A stretch of 50,980 nt of DNA. Origin: an uncultured Actinomycetes bacterium. GTDB taxonomy: Bacteria > Actinomycetota > Actinomycetes > Nanopelagicales > Nanopelagicaceae. The notes under the pieces are model-generated. The model did no database searches, was not told the origin of the DNA, and saw only the letters and a program-made list of their open reading frames with translations. The position numbers and the translations under genes were made by a program. The DNA is taken from positions 1-50,980 of the forward strand of contig CAITFY010000074.1 in the NCBI GenBank assembly GCA_903891755.1, given 5' to 3'. Positions 19,941 through 28,147 of the stretch are shown in pieces (the stretch's first letter is position 1; each line of letters opens with the position of its first letter).

Positions 19941-19954
19941 TGCAATCGATTGCA
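19941..19954. promoter_or_regulatory. Candidate LacI-family operator, perfect 14-bp palindrome TGCAATCGATTGCA
   Basis: Perfect dyad between the putative -10 box and the RBS (GGAGA) of the first catabolic gene. It lies in the divergent intergenic region shared with the LacI gene. Confidence 0.6.
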
Positions 19955-19976
19955 CAGATGTAGCGTTTGGAGAATC

Positions 19977-20924
19977 ATGTTAATTAATGAAAAGCCTTCA
20001 ATTGGTTGGATCGGTGCTGGCCGCATGGGATTTCAACTAGCTACACGGCTTCTAGAAGGCGGACATGACGTAACGGTCTACAACAGGACTCGGGCAAAAG
20101 CTGAACCGCTGGTGGCGAAGGGGGCCAAGGTTGTCGACCGGCCCAGTGATCTGGCTGGTCTTGATGTCGTTTTCATCATGGTTTCAGCGCCGAAGGACCT
20201 CGAAGAGGTAACCATGGGAGAGTTTGGCCTCCTTACAGTGGATGGAAAATCCCCCAAGGTCGTTATCGACTCCTCAACCGTTTCTACAGAGGTTTCTGAA
20301 AAAGTTCGAATCTATGCAAAGGGCAAAGGAACAGAGCTCCTTGCCGCACCAGTGAGCGGAAACCCAGCTGTAATTGCCGCTGGAAAACTCACCGTCGCCG
20401 TCTCTGGACCAAAAGATGTGTATGACCAGGTTGCTGGTTTGATTAACCTTTTCGGACGCAAGGTGACTTATGTTGGTGAAGGTGAAGTTGCTCGTTTGGT
20501 CAAGATCGCTCACAACATCATGCTTGGGGTAGTTACTCAGACACTTGCCGAAATTGTTACCTTGACAGAGAAAGCCGGAGTTGAACGCTCGGCCTTTCTG
20601 GAGTTTTTTAACGACTCAGTGATGGGATCTACCTTCACAAAGTACAAATCACCTTCGATTGTGAATCTGGACTTCACTCCGACATTCACAGTTCCTTTAC
20701 TTCTTAAAGATTTCGATCTTGGATTGGATGCCGCCCACACGCTCGAAGTTCCAATGCCAATCACCGCTGCCGCACAGCAGATCACTGCATCTGCAAGAGG
20801 CGCTGGTCATCTAGAAGAAGATTTCATGATTCTCTTGATCGAGCAGGCTAGACGTGCTGGAATGACACTGGTATCTGAGGAGAAGAAAGTTCTAAGCGGG
20901 CTAGAGGTAGATGCTGATGAGTAG
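19977..20924 (+). CDS. NAD(P)-dependent oxidoreductase, 3-hydroxyisobutyrate dehydrogenase / beta-hydroxyacid dehydrogenase family
   Basis: Rossmann motif IGWIGAGRMGFQ plus a HIBADH-like C-terminal helical domain. I trimmed the start to the ATG preceded by GGAGA. Confidence 0.8.
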   Translation: MLINEKPSIGWIGAGRMGFQLATRLLEGGHDVTVYNRTRAKAEPLVAKGAKVVDRPSDLAGLDVVFIMVSAPKDLEEVTMGEFGLLTVDGKSPKVVIDSSTVSTEVSEKVRIYAKGKGTELLAAPVSGNPAVIAAGKLTVAVSGPKDVYDQVAGLINLFGRKVTYVGEGEVARLVKIAHNIMLGVVTQTLAEIVTLTEKAGVERSAFLEFFNDSVMGSTFTKYKSPSIVNLDFTPTFTVPLLLKDFDLGLDAAHTLEVPMPITAAAQQITASARGAGHLEEDFMILLIEQARRAGMTLVSEEKKVLSGLEVDADE

Positions 20925-22161
20925 TAACACTCCACTCCAGGCCCCGGGACACATGGGCGTTGATTATGAAATGCGTGTTGACTTCGATCGACTTCGGAAA
21001 TATCGAATTGGGCGTGCGAAAGAATCACTCAACGCAAGTGAATGTGGAGCATTTCTACTCTTCGATTTTTACAATATTCGTTACACCACTCAATCTTGGG
21101 TAGGTGGAGCCCTAGGTGACAAGATGACTAGATACGCCTTGTTGACTCGTGACGGCGATCCCATGTTGTGGGATTTTGGCTCAGCGGTGCGCCATCACAA
21201 GTTGTACTCACCCTGGCTGAAACCTGAGAATAATCGACCTGGAATGTTAGGAATGCGTGGTGCTGTTGCCCCATCGGCCGGTCTTATGGAGTCCGCAGTC
21301 CGCGAAATAAAGGGTTTGCTCGAAGATGCCGGGGTGGCGCATCTTCCAGTCGGTATAGATATCGTCGAGCCCGCTTTTCTCTTTGAAATGCAACGACAGG
21401 GACTCATGGTCATTGACTGTCAGCAAAACATGCTGGATGCACGAGTCATAAAAAATTCAGATGAGATTATGTTGCTTAATCAAGCGGCAGCGATGGTTGA
21501 TGGTGTTTATCAAAATATTGTTGATGTATTGAAGCCAGGAATTCGTGAAAATGAAATTGTTGCGCTGGCAAATAAACGCTTATACGAGATGGGTTCTGAT
21601 CAAGTAGAAGCCATCAATGCGATCTCAGGAGAACGCTGTAATCCGCACCCACATAATTTTACCGATCGCATAATCCGTCCAGGTGATCAAGCATTCTTTG
21701 ACATCATTCATTCATTTAATGGTTATCGCACCTGTTACTACCGCACCTTTGCGGTGGGAAGTGCAACACCATCACAGCGTGATGCATACACGAAAGCTCG
21801 CGAATGGATGGATGCAGCGATTGATGCAGTTAAGGTGGGAACGGATACTGCGGCTATTGCTAAAGTATGGCCGAAGGCGGAAGAATTTGGTTTTGAGAAT
21901 GAGTTGGCAGCCTTTGGTTTGCAATTTGGACATGGACTTGGACTTGGCCTACATGAACGACCAATCATCTCTCGCCTCAATAGCCTCGAGAATCCCATTG
22001 AAATTCGCCCTGGGATGGTTTTCGCTTTGGAAACTTACTGCCCAGCTTCTGACGGCGTTTCCGCCGCACGAATAGAGGAAGAAGTTGTGGTCACAGAAAG
22101 CGGCGTGCATATTTTAACGAAATTCCCCGCCCAAGAACTCTTCGTCGCAAATCCATATTGA
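20911..22161 (+). CDS. M24-family pita-bread hydrolase with creatinase/prolidase N-domain
   Basis: Creatinase-like N-domain (FLLFDFYNIRYTT) and a C-domain with FFDIIHSFNGYRTCYYRTF, GHGLGLGLHE, FALETY and IEEEVVVTE. 14-nt overlap with the upstream gene. Confidence 0.75.
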   Translation: MLMSSNTPLQAPGHMGVDYEMRVDFDRLRKYRIGRAKESLNASECGAFLLFDFYNIRYTTQSWVGGALGDKMTRYALLTRDGDPMLWDFGSAVRHHKLYSPWLKPENNRPGMLGMRGAVAPSAGLMESAVREIKGLLEDAGVAHLPVGIDIVEPAFLFEMQRQGLMVIDCQQNMLDARVIKNSDEIMLLNQAAAMVDGVYQNIVDVLKPGIRENEIVALANKRLYEMGSDQVEAINAISGERCNPHPHNFTDRIIRPGDQAFFDIIHSFNGYRTCYYRTFAVGSATPSQRDAYTKAREWMDAAIDAVKVGTDTAAIAKVWPKAEEFGFENELAAFGLQFGHGLGLGLHERPIISRLNSLENPIEIRPGMVFALETYCPASDGVSAARIEEEVVVTESGVHILTKFPAQELFVANPY

Positions 22162-22165
22162 TGTT

Positions 22166-22693
22166 ATGAGCACTTCCAAGGGAATTCCAGGTCTGCAGCG
22201 TGTAGATCACATTGGGATAACAGTTCCCGATTTAGCGAAAGCTACTCGTTTCTTCATAGATGTTCTGGGTTGCGAATATATGTACACCCTAGGACCTTTT
22301 CAGAGTGAAGAAAATTGGATGAGTGAACATTTAAATGTTCATCCCCGCGCGGTAATGAAGGAACTACATTTCTTTAAGTTAAATGGAGTGGCGATATTTG
22401 AAGTCTTTGAATATTCAGCGCCCGATCAAGAACTTTCTCCCCCAAGAAATAGCGATATCGGCGGACATCATGTCGCTCTTTATGTTGATGACATGAGTGC
22501 GGCGGTCGCTCATCTCAAGTCACACAATATTCAACTTTTGGGTGATCCCACAGCCAGCAAAGGTCCAAGTGAAGGTCAGCAATGGCTTTACTTCTTATCG
22601 CCATGGGGAATGCAATTTGAATTGGTTTCTTATCCACATGGAAAAGCCTTTGATCATAATCCCGAGAAATTCATCAAGAAGGTAAGTGAATAG
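22166..22693 (+). CDS. VOC (glyoxalase/dioxygenase/epimerase-type) family protein
   Basis: VDHIGITVPDL ... GGHHVALYVDD, the paired beta-alpha-beta-beta-beta module pattern. Confidence 0.7.
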   Translation: MSTSKGIPGLQRVDHIGITVPDLAKATRFFIDVLGCEYMYTLGPFQSEENWMSEHLNVHPRAVMKELHFFKLNGVAIFEVFEYSAPDQELSPPRNSDIGGHHVALYVDDMSAAVAHLKSHNIQLLGDPTASKGPSEGQQWLYFLSPWGMQFELVSYPHGKAFDHNPEKFIKKVSE

Positions 22694-24892
22694 ATGCCAC
22701 TTCATCATAAGCACAAATCGACCGCCCCATGGCTCGAGGTTGCCGTCATGCCATCCGATTGGGATAACGCAGAACCTGCTCTCCTAAAGACGATGCTTGT
22801 TCAGATGGTGCTCATTCGAACTTTTGAAGAGTATTTACTTGAGCTCGCTGCAGCTTCATTGATCCACGGTCCGGTTCATTCAAGTATCGGACAAGAGGGT
22901 GGGGCAGTTGGGTCTGCCCTACCTCTTCGTAGTGAAGATAGCGTGAACGGTTCGCACCGTGGGCACCATCAATTCCTTGCGAAGGTTCTTTCGCACCTAC
23001 AACCTCAAGGTTTTGATCCGCTTGCCGAATTTTCAGCCGAAGTACGAAGCGCTGTTCTTCGTACCCTCGCCGAGATTGCTGGACTTGATCGGGGTTTTAG
23101 CCATGGCCGCGGTGGTTCTATGCACCTTCAGATGAAGGAAGCGGGCGCCATGGGTACAAATGCGATTGTTGGCGGCGGTGTTCCACTTGCAGCTGGATTC
23201 GCGTGGTCACACAAATTTGCAGGCACTGATGCGGTATCAGTTACCTACTTTGGAGATGGAGCAATAAATATCGGCTCTACTCTTGAGAGTTTCAATTTAG
23301 CCTCCGCATGGAAATTACCGATCTGTTTCTTCATAGAAAATAATATGTATGCGGTTTCTACTCATGTGATGGAGTCGACCGGTGAGCCAAGACTTTCGGC
23401 CCGCGGTCAAGGCTTTAATATTCCCAGCTGGAAAGTCGATGGCATGAATCCACTGGCTGTCCACATTGCGATGAGCGAAGCCGTCGCACATATGCGCGCT
23501 GGTAATGGTCCAACAATGATTGAAGCCGACGTCTACCGTTACTTCCACCAGAGTGGAACTTTTCCCGGAAGTGCATTCGGCTATCGTTCAAAAGAGGAAG
23601 AGGCGAGTTACAAGGCTCGCGACCCCATTTTGCAAGTTGCATCGCATTTGATCCGTCGGTCACTTATTACACAAACCGAAGTTGATGCATTGATCGCTCG
23701 TGGCAAAAAATTGATGGAAGAGTCCGGCAACATTTTGCTCGAACCAGTCCCAGAGTCAAACCCTCCAAAGCGCAAAATTAAAGATAGCGAATGGCCCGAT
23801 CCTGCGTTCGTGAACACTGGAGTACGTGGAGACTTATCTGAATTCCATGGTGCAAGATATTCAGAGCTTACGACTCACCAAGGTGAGATCGGTGATGCAA
23901 AATTTATCGACGCAGTAGCACGAGTTCTTGGGCGTCAGATGGAAAAAGATGGCTCGATAGTAATTATGGGAGAGGATATTCATCGCCTTGCTGGTGGAAC
24001 GAATGGAGCAACAAAAGGTTTGAAAGACCGCTTCCCTGATCGAATTCTTGGTACCCCCATTAGTGAAAACGCATTTACAGGTCTTGGTGGTGGAATCGCG
24101 ATCGACGGTCGATTTAAACCGGTCGTGGAATTCATGTATGCCGACTTCATGTGGGTTGCCGCAGATCAAATCTTCAATCAGATTGGAAAAATGCGCCACA
24201 TGTTTGGTGGAGATGGTTCAGTCCCATTTGTACTACGTAGCAAAGTGGCGATGGGAACTGGTTACGGCTCTCAACACTCCATGGATCCAGCTGGGGTGAT
24301 GGCAACCAATCCAGGTTGGAGAATAGTCGCGCCAACAACTCCATTCGACTATGTCGGTTTGATGAATAGCGCCTTGCTCTGCAAAGATCCCGTAATAGTC
24401 CTTGAGCATGTGGATCTCTATAACTCCACAGGACCAACACCATTAACGGATCTTGATTACTGTATTGAAGTAGGAAAAGCAGCAATTCGTCGCGCCGGGT
24501 CAGAACTTACGATATTGACCTATCTAGCTATGACTAATTATGTACTTGAAGCGGTATCTGAATACCCTGATGTTGATTCCGAAGTAATCGATCTTCGATG
24601 GTTGGATCGAGCCAGCATCGATTGGCAGACCATTGGGACATCTATCAAGAAGACAGGTCATGTTCTGATTGCCGAACAGGGGGCTATTGGCACCTCATAT
24701 GGTGGTTGGTTAGCGGATGAGATCCAACGGAGATATTTCTCGGATCTAAAAGGTCCAATTGAGCGCGTGACTGGTGGAGAGGCATCACCTTCAATCAGTA
24801 AGGTTCTTGAACGCGCTGCGATTGCCAAGAAGGAAGAAGTAGTAAGTAAGTTGCAATCATTGAAGACATCTGGACGATTTATCATTAACTAG
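22694..24892 (+). CDS. Fused 2-oxoacid dehydrogenase E1 alpha-beta (TPP-dependent)
   Basis: The N-half carries the TPP-binding motif YFGDGAINIGSTLESFNLASAWKLPICFFIENNMYA. The C-half is transketolase-like Pyr plus C-terminal domains (IVIMGEDI, EFMYADFMWVAADQI). The ATG directly abuts the VOC stop. Confidence 0.85.
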   Translation: MPLHHKHKSTAPWLEVAVMPSDWDNAEPALLKTMLVQMVLIRTFEEYLLELAAASLIHGPVHSSIGQEGGAVGSALPLRSEDSVNGSHRGHHQFLAKVLSHLQPQGFDPLAEFSAEVRSAVLRTLAEIAGLDRGFSHGRGGSMHLQMKEAGAMGTNAIVGGGVPLAAGFAWSHKFAGTDAVSVTYFGDGAINIGSTLESFNLASAWKLPICFFIENNMYAVSTHVMESTGEPRLSARGQGFNIPSWKVDGMNPLAVHIAMSEAVAHMRAGNGPTMIEADVYRYFHQSGTFPGSAFGYRSKEEEASYKARDPILQVASHLIRRSLITQTEVDALIARGKKLMEESGNILLEPVPESNPPKRKIKDSEWPDPAFVNTGVRGDLSEFHGARYSELTTHQGEIGDAKFIDAVARVLGRQMEKDGSIVIMGEDIHRLAGGTNGATKGLKDRFPDRILGTPISENAFTGLGGGIAIDGRFKPVVEFMYADFMWVAADQIFNQIGKMRHMFGGDGSVPFVLRSKVAMGTGYGSQHSMDPAGVMATNPGWRIVAPTTPFDYVGLMNSALLCKDPVIVLEHVDLYNSTGPTPLTDLDYCIEVGKAAIRRAGSELTILTYLAMTNYVLEAVSEYPDVDSEVIDLRWLDRASIDWQTIGTSIKKTGHVLIAEQGAIGTSYGGWLADEIQRRYFSDLKGPIERVTGGEASPSISKVLERAAIAKKEEVVSKLQSLKTSGRFIIN

Positions 24893-24921
24893 GAAGCTTG
24901 AGACAGGGGATACTCGTGGAT

Positions 24922-26346
24922 ATGCAGTTAAAGACGGATCTATTTATCAATGGTCAGTGGGTAAAGGGCGCTGGAGTTCTTCCTGTAATGAACCCAAGCA
25001 CTGGAACTCTGATCGCAGAAATTTCAACGGCAGATCAAGAACAATGCGATGCTGCAATAACAGCTGCGCACGACGCCTTTCCTGCATGGGCTAGAACACC
25101 CTCACGAGTCCGCTCAGAAATATTGCGTAAAGCATTCGAAATTATGACGGCAGAGTCTGATCAGATTGCCCGAATCATTTCAATGGAGAATGGCAAGACC
25201 TTTACGGATGCTAAGGGTGAGGTTAGTTATGCTGCCGAATTTTTCCGTTGGTTTGCAGAGGAGGCAGTTCGCACCCCTGGAGATTTTCGCCACTCACCAA
25301 GTGGTGATAAGCGAATTTTAGTTACACATCAACCAATAGGTGTTTCCCTACTCATAACTCCATGGAATTTTCCAGCAGCTATGGCAACTCGGAAAATTGG
25401 ACCGGCTCTTGCAGCGGGTTGTACCGTAATTTTGAAGGCAGCTTCAGAGACCCCTTTAACCGCAATTTGGATCGTTGACATCATGCACCGCGCTGGAGTT
25501 CCAGCAGGAGTTGTTAACTTTCTGATGCCAGAGAAGACGGGGTCAATGATCTCGCGAATGATGCACGATCCTCGGGTTCGCAATGTTTCGTTTACTGGTT
25601 CAACCGAGGTTGGACGGATCTTGATTAAGGAATCGGCCGATCTTGTACTTCGCACTTCGCTAGAACTGGGCGGAAATGCGCCATTTGTAGTTCTAGATGA
25701 TGCTGACATTGACGAAGCCGTTAAAGGCGCAATGGTGGCAAAGATGCGAAACGGTGGAGCGGCTTGCACTGCCGCAAATCGATTCTATGTTGCTAAGTCG
25801 GTGGCTTCGGAATTCACAACTAAATTTACGCGAGCAATGGCTGATCTAAAGATGGCAGATGGCTTAACTGAGGGTGCTCAGCTTGGTGCTAGTGTCTCAA
25901 TTCGCGAACGCGACAAGATTGCAGAACTAGTAAGTACATCTATATCAGCAGGCGGTGAATTACATCTTGGTGGAACAACCCCTGAAGGAGCCGGCGCTTT
26001 CTACCCGGCAACCGTCCTTACTGTCACAAAAGAGAATCCGATTTTGCAGCTGGAAGTATTTGGCCCAGTAGCTCCAATCGTTACCTTCGATAGCGATGCC
26101 GAAGCGATTGCCCTAGCAAACAGCACGGAGTATGGATTAATTGCATACGTTTACTCATCGGATCTCAAACGTGCGATCAGAACCGCAGAGGCGCTTGAGG
26201 CAGGAATGATTGCTATTAACCGTGGTGTAGTTTCAGACCCCGCAGCTCCATTTGGAGGGGTAAAGCAATCTGGGCTGGGCCGTGAAGGAGGTTTCGCGGG
26301 AATTCACGAGTTCTTAGAGACCAAGTACATCGGAGTAGAGATTTAA
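24922..26346 (+). CDS. gabD: NAD(P)+-dependent aldehyde dehydrogenase, succinate-semialdehyde dehydrogenase (GabD)-like
   Basis: ITPWNFPAAMATRKIGPALAAGC, ELGGNAP and the Cys region GGAACTAANRFYV closely parallel GabD. I chose the start at ATG (MQLKTDLFINGQW) rather than the listed TTG at 24898. Confidence 0.75.
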   Translation: MQLKTDLFINGQWVKGAGVLPVMNPSTGTLIAEISTADQEQCDAAITAAHDAFPAWARTPSRVRSEILRKAFEIMTAESDQIARIISMENGKTFTDAKGEVSYAAEFFRWFAEEAVRTPGDFRHSPSGDKRILVTHQPIGVSLLITPWNFPAAMATRKIGPALAAGCTVILKAASETPLTAIWIVDIMHRAGVPAGVVNFLMPEKTGSMISRMMHDPRVRNVSFTGSTEVGRILIKESADLVLRTSLELGGNAPFVVLDDADIDEAVKGAMVAKMRNGGAACTAANRFYVAKSVASEFTTKFTRAMADLKMADGLTEGAQLGASVSIRERDKIAELVSTSISAGGELHLGGTTPEGAGAFYPATVLTVTKENPILQLEVFGPVAPIVTFDSDAEAIALANSTEYGLIAYVYSSDLKRAIRTAEALEAGMIAINRGVVSDPAAPFGGVKQSGLGREGGFAGIHEFLETKYIGVEI

Positions 26347-26410
26347 TTTAGAAAAATTAGCACTCTTTGAAGGGGTAGGCTTTTAGGAAATCAAATAATA
26401 GGAGCCCTGC

Positions 26411-28147
26411 TTGCTTACTAAGATTCTGAAGAGATACCTGCGCCCTTACAAGAGGCAGGTCTACCTCATCATTTTGATGCTCTTAATCCAAGCAATCGCC
26501 AGCTTGTACCTGCCAAACCTCAACGCCGATCTCATCAACAACGGAGTAGCAAAGGGCAACATTGGTTACATCTGGCATATCGGAGAAATCATGTTGGCTT
26601 CCAGCGCCTTGGTTATGGGTGCCTCGATACTCCTTGCCTTCTTAGCGGCGAGAGTCGCGATGGCCTTTGGTCGAGATCTCCGCTCAGCAGTATTTGTTGC
26701 GGTGGAAGGATTTTCTGCCCGCGAATTGAGCAAATTTGGAGCCCCATCACTTATTACTCGAAACACAAATGATGTGCAGCAGGTACAACTCGTTCTCTTC
26801 ATGGGTTTCACGATGATGATTGGAGCACCAATCACCGGAATTGGCGCGATTATTATGGCGCTGCGTTCTAACCTCAAGCTATCTTCTTTATTGCTTGTCG
26901 TACTACCAATCATGTCCCTTTTGATAATTCTTCTCTTGCGAAGAATCGTCCCAGCATTCCGAGTCATGCAGGTAAAGATTGATCGAATTAATTTAGTGCT
27001 CCGCGAACAGATTTCTGGCGTTCGAGTAATTCGTGCCTTTGTTAAGACCCGCCAAGAAGAATCTCGATTCGAAGAGGCTTCTTTAGATCTCATGCGGTCA
27101 CAACTTCACGTAACTAGAACCTTTGCTGTTATGTTCCCAGCGTTATCAATGATCTTGAATCTTTCGTCGGTAGCCGTTATCTGGTTCGGTGCAAAACTCA
27201 TCGATTCCGGAAATCTACAAATCGGAAATATGACGGCATTTCTCAGCTACATCATGTTGATACTGAGTAGCGTCATGATGGCTATCTTTATGTCACTTCA
27301 AATTCCAAGGGCGGCAGCTTGTGCAGAGCGCATCCAAGAAGTGCTAGATACAAAATCATCGGTTGTTGAAAGTTTAAATCCTCAAGTTCCATTAATTCGC
27401 CAAGGAGTCATTGAATTTGTCGGTGCTGAATTCCGTTATCCGGGAGCTGAACATCCGATCTTGTCCGACATCTCATTTACCGCAAAACCAGGCCAATTCA
27501 CGGCAATTATTGGATCTACGGGATCTGGCAAAACAACACTTTTGAACCTTATTCCGCGTTTTATAGATGTTACCGGCGGCGAAGTTTTACTAGATGGCAT
27601 CGATGTTCGCAATCAATCGCTAGAAGCACTCTGGTCAGAACTTGGTCTAGTTCCACAACGCTCATTCCTCTTTGGTGGAACCGTTGCGCAGAATTTACGA
27701 TATGGAAAATCTGATGCCACAGACGAAGAGCTTTGGAATGCACTAGAGATCGCGCAAGCTCGCGATTTCATCGATGAATTGCCAGAGAAGTTAGAAGCTA
27801 GAGTCGCCCAAGGTGGCACCAATTTTTCAGGTGGACAGCGTCAGCGCCTCTCAATTGCGCGAGCACTTGTAAAAAAGCCCCAGGTTCTTATCTTTGATGA
27901 TTCGTTTAGCGCATTGGATTACACAACAGATTCCAAACTTCGTTCGGCACTTCACGAAGTAATGGGTCACACGACCATGATTGTGGTGGCGCAGCGAGTC
28001 TCGACAATTTTGAAGGCTGATCAAATTGTCGTTCTGGATCAGGGCCACGTCGTGGAAATTGGTACTCATTCGGAGTTGATGAAGAGCAGCGAGACCTATC
28101 AAGAAATTGTCTTATCTCAACTCAGTCCAGAGGAGGCAGCATCATGA
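26411..28147 (+). CDS. ABC exporter half-transporter (TMD-NBD), degenerate-site subunit
   Basis: Walker A GSTGSGKTT and signature FSGGQRQR. Walker B is followed by Asp rather than Glu (LIFDDSFSALD), and the H-loop His is replaced by Gln (VVAQRVST). Confidence 0.85.
   Translation: MLTKILKRYLRPYKRQVYLIILMLLIQAIASLYLPNLNADLINNGVAKGNIGYIWHIGEIMLASSALVMGASILLAFLAARVAMAFGRDLRSAVFVAVEGFSARELSKFGAPSLITRNTNDVQQVQLVLFMGFTMMIGAPITGIGAIIMALRSNLKLSSLLLVVLPIMSLLIILLLRRIVPAFRVMQVKIDRINLVLREQISGVRVIRAFVKTRQEESRFEEASLDLMRSQLHVTRTFAVMFPALSMILNLSSVAVIWFGAKLIDSGNLQIGNMTAFLSYIMLILSSVMMAIFMSLQIPRAAACAERIQEVLDTKSSVVESLNPQVPLIRQGVIEFVGAEFRYPGAEHPILSDISFTAKPGQFTAIIGSTGSGKTTLLNLIPRFIDVTGGEVLLDGIDVRNQSLEALWSELGLVPQRSFLFGGTVAQNLRYGKSDATDEELWNALEIAQARDFIDELPEKLEARVAQGGTNFSGGQRQRLSIARALVKKPQVLIFDDSFSALDYTTDSKLRSALHEVMGHTTMIVVAQRVSTILKADQIVVLDQGHVVEIGTHSELMKSSETYQEIVLSQLSPEEAAS

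Noticed and set aside
14006-26346. The possibility that the transporter/catabolic block is a genomic island integrated at tRNA-Thr.
   Set aside because: I found no integrase, no mobility genes and no direct repeat of the tRNA 3' end. The only partial resemblance (ttgaatcccgggc at about 39890-39902) lies inside the permease gene and is too short. Proximity to the tRNA may be coincidental.
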